The translations under genes were made by a program, and so were the position numbers. The notes beneath the pieces were generated by a model. The model was given only the letters and a program-made list of their open reading frames with translations, was not told the DNA's origin and searched no databases. A stretch of 64,000 nt of DNA from positions 7,559 to 71,558 of the forward strand of contig SORU01000005.1 of assembly GCA_004402915.1 (NCBI GenBank), in the 5' to 3' direction. The first letter of the stretch is position 1. Every line of letters starts with the position of its first letter. Positions 57,078-64,000 of this stretch are shown one piece after another. The stretch is from Fidelibacterota bacterium MT.SAG.2 (lineage in GTDB: Bacteria > Fidelibacterota > SORT01).

Positions 57078-57893
57078 TTGACTTTAATGTCAAACAGCTT
57101 AACTTATAAACCAATTGGCGTATTTAAATTAAATATATTTGATTTTACGAGGATCATTCAATCGGTTCACATGGCTCTTGACCCACGAGTAAGAACACTT
57201 CTGTTTTTCTGTCTTCTCCTGCTTGCGATGGATAGTAGTATAGCAGCAATATTGACGGGGGTAATGTTTTTAGCAGCGCTATTGGGCATAGAGCCTCATG
57301 GATATAATCGTTTTTGGAACAGTTCAAGGTATTTTTTGATGCTCGTGCCGCTGACTTTCGGATTTCATCTACTTCTTGCTACTGATATATTTGGAACAGC
57401 TCAATCGATATCTCTTAATGAAGCAATAGAAAAAGCTCTGTTTTTCACAAGCAGGGTAGGATTGCTGGTCTCTGCCGGCGCTTATTTCTCGATGTCCGTT
57501 GATCCGGCTAGCTTAACTGAATCACTACGGGAATTCGTAACACCGATAGGGAAAATCGGGATATCGATAGAACGGTTGTTACTGGTTTTCTTGCTGACAC
57601 TTTCATTCGCTCCGATTATTTCTGAACAAGCGACACGCATCAAAGAGGCGCAGATCGCAAGGGGAATATCGACCGGGAGCAATTTATTCAGCCGCATTTC
57701 AAAGACGTTACCGACACTGATTCCGCTCTTCACTCTCAGTCTGAACAGAGCGGAACGGTTGGCATTGATTCTTGACTCGCGCGGATACAACGCTCCCGTC
57801 AAAAGAACAAGTTTAAAAAAATTTAGGTTCACGAAGAGCGATTATTTCGTGTCTGTCTTATCAATAGCGATTACCTTGTTTGTGATAATTTGA
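57078..57893 (+). CDS. energy-coupling factor transporter transmembrane component EcfT/CbiQ family
   Basis: It is a multi-TM protein with the conserved coupling-helix context RIKEAQIARGIS. The start may be at MALDPRV (57171). Confidence 0.65.
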   Translation: MTLMSNSLTYKPIGVFKLNIFDFTRIIQSVHMALDPRVRTLLFFCLLLLAMDSSIAAILTGVMFLAALLGIEPHGYNRFWNSSRYFLMLVPLTFGFHLLLATDIFGTAQSISLNEAIEKALFFTSRVGLLVSAGAYFSMSVDPASLTESLREFVTPIGKIGISIERLLLVFLLTLSFAPIISEQATRIKEAQIARGISTGSNLFSRISKTLPTLIPLFTLSLNRAERLALILDSRGYNAPVKRTSLKKFRFTKSDYFVSVLSIAITLFVII

Positions 57894-57894
57894 T

Positions 57895-58638
57895 ATGAGA
57901 AATATCAAGATCCTTATCGAGTACGACGGGACTAACTATAAAGGGTGGCAGATACAATCAAACGCAAAATCGGTGCAGGGTGAACTGACGAAAGCACTCC
58001 GGTCCCTGATCGGCAGCAAAGTGACGCTGACCGGCGCAGGCAGGACCGACAGCGGTGTACACGCGATGGGTCAAGTGGCGAATTTTAGAACAGAGTCTGA
58101 AATATCCGCAAGAAAATTTATGGAAGGGTTGAACGGCACGCTCCCAAAAGACATACGGATATTGCATTCTATAGAAGTGGAAGAGGATTTTCACTCACGC
58201 CGGGATGCTTTAGAACGACAGTACCATTACAAGGTAATTAAACGGGAGTCTGCTCTTGCGCGATTTTATGCTTACGGTCCGGGTTATGATCTGAGTCTGC
58301 AGGATATGGTTACAGCTGCGAAAATTATTAAGGCAAACACTGATTTTAGCTCATTTTGTAATACGAGATCTGAAACGGAAAATAAAAAATGTAAGATACG
58401 GAAATCTGAATGGCGTGAAAATGGTGATTATATGTATTATACTATAGCAGCGGATCGATTTATTTATAATATGGTCAGATCATTGGTGGGGACGATGATA
58501 GAGGTTGGGAGGGGAAAGATAACTGTGGAGCAATTTGAAGAGATATTTGACAAATCGGATAGGAGCGCGGCAGGACCTAACGCTCCCGCTCATGGATTAT
58601 ATCTCGAAAAAGTAGTCTATGCGGAGAACTTTAATTGA
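57895..58638 (+). CDS. truA: tRNA pseudouridine(38-40) synthase TruA
   Basis: YDGTNYKGWQIQ and GAGRTDSGVHA motifs are present. Confidence 0.93.
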   Translation: MRNIKILIEYDGTNYKGWQIQSNAKSVQGELTKALRSLIGSKVTLTGAGRTDSGVHAMGQVANFRTESEISARKFMEGLNGTLPKDIRILHSIEVEEDFHSRRDALERQYHYKVIKRESALARFYAYGPGYDLSLQDMVTAAKIIKANTDFSSFCNTRSETENKKCKIRKSEWRENGDYMYYTIAADRFIYNMVRSLVGTMIEVGRGKITVEQFEEIFDKSDRSAAGPNAPAHGLYLEKVVYAENFN

Positions 58639-58650
58639 TAAAGGAGCAGT

Positions 58651-59295
58651 ATGAAAATATTTTTGGACACAGCAAATGTTGACGAGATCAAAGAAGGCGC
58701 TTCGTGGGGCATTGTAGATGGAGTTACGACCAATCCGTCACTTATTGCAAAAGAGGGCAGGGATTTTGAAACCGTGATTAAGGAAATTTGTGAAATAGTT
58801 GACGGTCCTGTGAACGCAGAAGTAGTTGGATTGAAAACTGATGAAATGATAGCCGAAGGCAGAAAACTTCGAGAGCTTCACGAAAACATCTGCGTAAAAA
58901 TCCCGATGACCGTTGACGGGATCAAGGCGGTCAAAGTACTCAGCGGAGAGGGAACAATGACAAACGTAACTCTTATTTTTTCCTCCTTACAAGCTCTTCT
59001 CGCGGCAAAAGCGGGGGCGACGTTCGTAAGCCCTTTTGTCGGCAGAATTGATGACATGGCTATGCCGGGTATGGACTTAATTGCTGATATTTCACAGATT
59101 TACGATAATTATGGATACGAAACTGAGATCATTGTAGCCAGCATTCGCAATCCTCTTCATGTAGTTGACACAGCTCTTTATGGAGCGCATATAGCAACAC
59201 TGCCGATGAAAGTATTGCATCAGATGGCTAAACATCCATTGACGGACAGAGGTATAGAGCAATTTCTTAAAGATTGGGAGTCGATGAAATCATAG
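58651..59295 (+). CDS. fructose-6-phosphate aldolase / short transaldolase
   Basis: [13 protein letters not shown]...GVTTNPSL and the Schiff-base context KIPMT are present in 214 aa. Confidence 0.9.
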   Translation: MKIFLDTANVDEIKEGASWGIVDGVTTNPSLIAKEGRDFETVIKEICEIVDGPVNAEVVGLKTDEMIAEGRKLRELHENICVKIPMTVDGIKAVKVLSGEGTMTNVTLIFSSLQALLAAKAGATFVSPFVGRIDDMAMPGMDLIADISQIYDNYGYETEIIVASIRNPLHVVDTALYGAHIATLPMKVLHQMAKHPLTDRGIEQFLKDWESMKS

Positions 59296-60422
59296 AGAAA
59301 AGTTTATATAAATTTGTAGTTATCGCTCAATTGTCGATAATGTTTGCAGCGCCGGAGATCGTTGCGCAGAATAAAGAAGAAATTAATGCTGTTATTTACA
59401 ACGGCAGGCGAAATATCATTACTGAGACTGTCGCAAAAAGCAGTCCAGCGGTAGCGGGGATAAATGCGATTCAAATCCGCGAATATTCACGAACCCCGTT
59501 TGCGAATGATCCGATATGGTCTCTTCTCTTTCCGGACAGAGTTTTCAAGCAGCGCGTGAAAAGCCTCGGTTCCGGGTTCCTCATTACTTCGGATGGTTTC
59601 GTATTGACCAATTCACATGTAATAGAAAATGCCGTAGAGGTTGTAGTGACACTTTCGGATGGAACCGATCATGAAGCCGAGATAGTAGGGGTGGACAGAA
59701 CATCTGATATAGCTCTGTTGAAGCTAAAGGGAAAAGACTTCCCATTCTTAGAGTTTGGCAATTCGGACGATATAATCATAGCCGAGTGGGTGATAGCTTT
59801 AGGTAATCCCTTCGGTTTATTCGATATCAGTAAAAAACCGACTGCAACAGTCGGAGTCATCTCAGGTTTGAACCTGGATTTTGGACAACAGGAATCCGGC
59901 AGAGTATATCAGGATATGATTCAAACAGATGCCTCCATAAACTCGGGTAACAGCGGAGGACCCCTTCTCAATGCCATAGGAGAAGTGATAGGAATAAACA
60001 CGTTCATCTTCACGGGCAGCAGATATTCTGAGGGTTCGATAGGAATCGGTTTTGCTATCCCCATCAACAGGGCAATATCCGTTTACAAGGAGCTCAAGAA
60101 ATACGGTAAAGTCGACAGGAGTTTTTGGACTGGAATGGATGTCCGGGATCTGAATCGTCTTGTGGCGAAACATCTTGATTTGGAAACAGAAAAAGGTGTA
60201 CTGATTACAAATGTTGAAAAGAAGAGCCCGGCAGACAAAGCGGGCTTGATGGTGGGCGATATCATCATAGAAGTAAACGGAGAGGAAGTGATAAATGATG
60301 ATGATATCTTTAAGATAATAGAGGAAAATTTCCTCCGTGCAGGCGATACGTTGATTATGCTCATCAGACGCGGTAACTCTGAAAGGACGTTAAGGATGAT
60401 TTTAGGAAAACCGAACAGGTAG
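59274..60422 (+). CDS. HtrA/DegS-like trypsin-family serine protease with one PDZ domain
   Basis: The catalytic contexts are TNSHV, DIALLKL and GNSGGPL. A C-terminal PDZ domain ([13 protein letters not shown]) is present. Confidence 0.88.
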   Translation: MGVDEIIEKSLYKFVVIAQLSIMFAAPEIVAQNKEEINAVIYNGRRNIITETVAKSSPAVAGINAIQIREYSRTPFANDPIWSLLFPDRVFKQRVKSLGSGFLITSDGFVLTNSHVIENAVEVVVTLSDGTDHEAEIVGVDRTSDIALLKLKGKDFPFLEFGNSDDIIIAEWVIALGNPFGLFDISKKPTATVGVISGLNLDFGQQESGRVYQDMIQTDASINSGNSGGPLLNAIGEVIGINTFIFTGSRYSEGSIGIGFAIPINRAISVYKELKKYGKVDRSFWTGMDVRDLNRLVAKHLDLETEKGVLITNVEKKSPADKAGLMVGDIIIEVNGEEVINDDDIFKIIEENFLRAGDTLIMLIRRGNSERTLRMILGKPNR

Positions 60423-60428
60423 AGATAG

Positions 60429-61724
60429 TTGATCCCGCGATATACACCTGAAAAGATTGGAAATATCTGGACGGAAGAACAAAAATTCCGCTCATGGCTT
60501 GAAGTGGAAGCAACCGTTGCCGAAGTACAGTCAGAAAGAGGAATGATTCCGGCAGCTGCGGCAAAAGCTATTCGGGAAAAAGGTGATTTCAGTGTGGAAC
60601 GAATCGAAGAGATAGAGGAAGAGGTAAACCATGATGTGATTGCGTTTTTGACAAATGTCGCTGAATACGTCGGAAAAGAAGCCGGATATATGCACTTCGG
60701 AATGACCTCTTCGGACCTGCTGGATACGTCTTTAGCAATGAGGATGAAGGAAGCGGGTGAATTGGTCGCCGAAGAACTTGAGAATCTTGAAGAAGTTCTT
60801 TCAAAAAGAGCGGTAGAGCATAAGAATTCCATCATGATAGGCAGAACTCACGGAATCCATGCCGAGTTGATAACATTCGGACTTAAACTCTCTATCTGGG
60901 TAGAAGAGATCCGCAGACATCGCAAGCGATGGTCGGAAGTGGTTAAGGAGATTGCTACAGGTAAAATCTCGGGCGCAGTAGGTACGTATTCTCATCTTGA
61001 ACCTGATATAGAAATTGAAGTGTGCAAACGTCTCGGATTGAAGGCGGCGCCCGTCTCAAACCAGATAATTCAGAGAGACAGGCATGCAAATTATATGACG
61101 TCTTTGGCGCTCATCGCATCAAGTCTCGAAAAGTTCAGCGTGGAGATACGTCATCTTCAACGAACGGAAGTAAGGGAAGCTCAGGAGTATTTCAGCAAAG
61201 GTCAGAAAGGCTCATCGGCAATGCCCCATAAAAGGAATCCGATACTCTCCGAAAGGATTGCCGGCATGGCTCGGCTTGTCAGAGGGAATGCGATTGCGGC
61301 GATGGAGAATGTTGCGCTCTGGCATGAAAGGGACATCTCTCATTCATCTGTAGAGAGAGTGATCATCCCGGATTCGACGATAATAGTGGTATATTGCTTA
61401 CAAAAGTTCAGCTCGTTGATGGAGAAGTTAGTGGTGAACTCTGAACGAATGATTGAAAATATTGATCAATCCTATGGTTTGATATATTCGGGCGCAATAT
61501 TACTCAGATTGGTTGAAAAGAATATTACGAGAGAAGAGGCTTATGAAATTGTACAGCGAACGGCGATGAAGGCATGGAATGAAAAGATAGATTTTAAGGA
61601 ATGTCTGCTCGATGATGGAGAGGTCACGGCTCTTCTCAGCGGCGAAGAGATTGATAAATGTTTTAAACCTGAGGAAAATCTCAAGCAGGTAGATGGTATT
61701 TTTAAACGGTTAAATTTAGTATGA
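60429..61724 (+). CDS. purB: adenylosuccinate lyase
   Basis: The signature GSSAMPHKRNP is present in 431 aa. Confidence 0.95.
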   Translation: MIPRYTPEKIGNIWTEEQKFRSWLEVEATVAEVQSERGMIPAAAAKAIREKGDFSVERIEEIEEEVNHDVIAFLTNVAEYVGKEAGYMHFGMTSSDLLDTSLAMRMKEAGELVAEELENLEEVLSKRAVEHKNSIMIGRTHGIHAELITFGLKLSIWVEEIRRHRKRWSEVVKEIATGKISGAVGTYSHLEPDIEIEVCKRLGLKAAPVSNQIIQRDRHANYMTSLALIASSLEKFSVEIRHLQRTEVREAQEYFSKGQKGSSAMPHKRNPILSERIAGMARLVRGNAIAAMENVALWHERDISHSSVERVIIPDSTIIVVYCLQKFSSLMEKLVVNSERMIENIDQSYGLIYSGAILLRLVEKNITREEAYEIVQRTAMKAWNEKIDFKECLLDDGEVTALLSGEEIDKCFKPEENLKQVDGIFKRLNLV

Positions 61725-61738
61725 TCCGGAGGAATTAA

Positions 61739-62443
61739 ATGGATAAGAAAAAACTATTATACGAGGGAAAAGCAAAGAAGATATATTCGACTAATGATGA
61801 GGATTTAGTGATTCAGGATTTTAAAGATTCCGCTACAGCGGGTGATGGAGCCAAAAAGGGGACAATAAAAGGAAAGGGCGCCATCAACAATCAGCTTTCG
61901 GCATTTTTGTTTGATTACCTTCGAAGTCACGGAATTCAAACTCATTTCGAAAAGAAACTCAGTAAGACATCTATGTTGGTAAAAAAACTCGAGATGTTTA
62001 AGATTGAGGTAGTGATGAGGAATATCGCCGCGGGGAGTATGGTTAAAAAATACGGCATAGAAGAGGGTACGGAATTAAAACAGCCGGTATTGGAGTTTTA
62101 CCTCAAAGATGATTCCCTGCATGATCCAATGATAAGTAATGAACACGCAGTTGCTTTCGGATTGGCAAGCACGGATGAAGTAGCCGAGATCAGCAGGTAT
62201 GCGAAGAAGATAAACGTTGTACTCAAGGATTTTCTCTTTAGAAGAGACTTGCTTTTAGTCGATTTCAAGCTGGAGTTCGGAACACAGAATAAAGTCATCT
62301 ATTTAGGTGACGAGATATCACCGGACACATGCCGTTTTTGGGATGTGGAGACGAAGAAAAAACTTGATAAGGATCGTTTCCGACAAGACCTTGGAGGCGT
62401 GGAAAGCGCCTACAAGGAGATTCTGAAAAGAGTACTTGGATAG
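61739..62443 (+). CDS. purC: phosphoribosylaminoimidazole-succinocarboxamide synthase
   Basis: LLYEGKAKKIY...LVDFKLEFG is present. Confidence 0.93.
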   Translation: MDKKKLLYEGKAKKIYSTNDEDLVIQDFKDSATAGDGAKKGTIKGKGAINNQLSAFLFDYLRSHGIQTHFEKKLSKTSMLVKKLEMFKIEVVMRNIAAGSMVKKYGIEEGTELKQPVLEFYLKDDSLHDPMISNEHAVAFGLASTDEVAEISRYAKKINVVLKDFLFRRDLLLVDFKLEFGTQNKVIYLGDEISPDTCRFWDVETKKKLDKDRFRQDLGGVESAYKEILKRVLG

Positions 62444-62457
62444 GGAAGCGTTTTAGA

Positions 62458-63111
62458 TTGGCTTCAGATGGCATACCATTCGTAGCGGCGGCGGGAATTA
62501 TCCTGATAGCGTTAGGGTTCGCCGCCTCAATAACGGGAAACGGGTTTCTCTGGGGATTGACATATACCGAAGCATTACTGCTTATCTTCATAGTTTTTTT
62601 CTTCCGTGATCCTGATAGGATAATTCCCAATGGCGATAACCTTGTGCTCTCGGTCGGTGACGGAAAGGTGGTCGTCATCAAAGAGGTGAATTTCCCGGAG
62701 CTTTCCGAAGAAAATTTTATACAGGTTTCGGTATTTCTGTCGGTATTCAACGTTCATGTGAATCGGGTGCCTGTCTCGGGTACGATTCATGAGGTTAAGT
62801 ATTTTCCCGGCAAATTCCTCGCCGCCTGGAACGAAAAGGCATCGTTGGATAACGAGCAATCTCTCATTTCGGTTGACACTGGCGGGAAAAGGATATATTT
62901 TAAACAGATAGCCGGATTGATCGCGCGTAGAATAGTGTATGATCTTAAACCGGGTCAAACTGTGGAAGCGGGGGACAGATTCGGGCTGATACGGTTTGGA
63001 AGCAGGGTCGATATCCTATTACCGTTGGACGCGGAGATCTCCGTAAAACTTGGGGATGCGGTAAAAGGGGGAGAAACAGTTATAGGAGTTCTAAACAATG
63101 AAGCTGACTAA
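62458..63111 (+). CDS. psd: phosphatidylserine decarboxylase proenzyme (short, membrane-anchored type)
   Basis: The FGSRVD self-cleavage motif and two N-terminal TM helices are present. Confidence 0.85.
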   Translation: MASDGIPFVAAAGIILIALGFAASITGNGFLWGLTYTEALLLIFIVFFFRDPDRIIPNGDNLVLSVGDGKVVVIKEVNFPELSEENFIQVSVFLSVFNVHVNRVPVSGTIHEVKYFPGKFLAAWNEKASLDNEQSLISVDTGGKRIYFKQIAGLIARRIVYDLKPGQTVEAGDRFGLIRFGSRVDILLPLDAEISVKLGDAVKGGETVIGVLNNEAD

Positions 63112-63829
63112 AGCGGTGGTTCCAAGCGTATTCACCGTAATGAATCTCATCAGCGGCTATCTTGCAATCCTGCTGATAGTCAACGGTAAGCTCTTGGCTG
63201 CTTCTTATCTGATACTTCTTGCTGCTTTTTTTGACGCTTTTGACGGAAAGATAGCGCGAAAGATCAACAAACCTTCAAAATTCGGACTCGAGTTTGATTC
63301 ACTTGCTGATATTACCTCTTTTGGAGTCGCCCCAAGCGTATTGATATACAAGGCTTTTTCAGGTGAATGGGTGGTTGTAGGAGCTTTAATAGCTTTCCTG
63401 CCGTTACTTTTCGCGGGAATAAGATTGGCACGATATAATATTCATTCCGAGGAACAGAAGGGTCGCTTCATCGGACTTCCCGCTCCTTCCATGGCGACAA
63501 TTCTCGCAGGATTCGTTCTCTTCTATCTTGAGATTCCCTATAATATCGGCGCATTAAGATTTGTTCTGCCGTTAGTGTTCGGGCTTTCATTTCTGATGGT
63601 GAGCTCGATGCCTTTTTATAAGTTTCCCAATATTTCACTTAAAAATAACGGGAAACCGAATCTGTTATTATATTTCTTTTTACTCTCATTGGTCCTTATG
63701 TTCCTATTCAAAGGCTTGGTCATTTTCCCTGTTGTTTTTCTCTTTTTAATGTTCAACGTAATCCGATGGGCTTTCACATACGGAAAAGACGAAGATTCAG
63801 AAATGGCTAATAACGGTTTAAGGGAATAA
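63098..63829 (+). CDS. pssA: CDP-diacylglycerol--serine O-phosphatidyltransferase
   Basis: The CDP-alcohol phosphatidyltransferase motif DAFDGKIARK...GLEFDSLADI is present. Confidence 0.88.
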   Translation: MKLTKAVVPSVFTVMNLISGYLAILLIVNGKLLAASYLILLAAFFDAFDGKIARKINKPSKFGLEFDSLADITSFGVAPSVLIYKAFSGEWVVVGALIAFLPLLFAGIRLARYNIHSEEQKGRFIGLPAPSMATILAGFVLFYLEIPYNIGALRFVLPLVFGLSFLMVSSMPFYKFPNISLKNNGKPNLLLYFFLLSLVLMFLFKGLVIFPVVFLFLMFNVIRWAFTYGKDEDSEMANNGLRE

Positions 63830-63835
63830 GGGGGA

Positions 63836-64000
63836 ATGATAAGAGCTGAGGTTATCGTCACACTGAAAGACGGTATTTTGGATCCCCAAGGAAAAACCAT
63901 CACGGGAGCGCTCGGCGGTATTGGAATTGAGGGGATAAAAGAAATCGGCACGGGTAAGTACTTCCATCTCCGGTTCAATACCAACAACTTGGAAAAGGCA
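63836..64000 (+). CDS. purS: phosphoribosylformylglycinamidine synthase subunit PurS (3' end beyond window)
   Basis: ATG 63836 follows AAGGGGG. The translation MIRAEVIVTLKDGILDPQGKTITGALGGIGIEGIKEIGTGKYFHLRF is typical PurS. Confidence 0.85.
   Translation, partial: MIRAEVIVTLKDGILDPQGKTITGALGGIGIEGIKEIGTGKYFHLRFNTNNLEKA

Noticed and set aside
60083-60835. 250-aa minus-strand ORF
   Set aside because: It is antisense to the well-supported htrA-like and purB genes. It is a low-complexity Ser-rich translation with no motifs.

Overview
This 64 kb window is a mostly housekeeping chromosomal segment. It probably comes from a bacterium of the FCB group (Bacteroidota/Ignavibacteriota-like). The evidence is a PorU-like C25 sortase, a PorV/PorQ-like barrel, several proteins ending in type IX secretion (T9SS) C-terminal sorting domains, and a short 289-aa primary sigma factor. 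Conserved blocks include ffh-rpsP-rimM-trmD-rplS, selA-selB-mutS, yicC-gmk-rpoZ-coaBC-udg-dnaB-relA, ruvX-lnt, truA-fsa-htrA-purB-purC-psd-pssA-purS, gap, a GH57 enzyme, folE and a queC-like gene. Four things stand out. (1) A 56-codon reading frame sits 8 nt after a peroxiredoxin gene. It matches the DUF1272 Cys-rich pattern only if an in-frame TGA at 2472 is read as selenocysteine, which gives a UxxC motif. A hand-folded SECIS-like stem-loop follows it, and selA/selB lie in the same window. (2) The region 5.2-10.2 kb is an accessory region. Six same-orientation copies of a 45-125 nt repeat end at the 3' side of an initiator tRNA-Met gene. They divide small unrelated genes (RRM protein, YciI-like, methyltransferase, HEAT, DUF1059, VOC) into cassette-like units, and one unit holds a decayed tyrosine-integrase fragment. 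(3) A 670-bp non-coding island (40.26-40.93 kb) is built almost entirely from short GC-rich hairpins arranged in recurring modules. (4) Several proteins have unusual architecture: bS16 carries a roughly 290-aa acidic/lysine tail built from 54-bp tandem repeats, two RRM proteins have hexad-periodic (D/E)RR tails, and a CsgG/LpoB-like barrel gene is frameshifted. No CRISPR array, rRNA, transposase or tRNA-Sec was recognised. All calls come from reading the sequence and ORF translations by eye; no database search was run.
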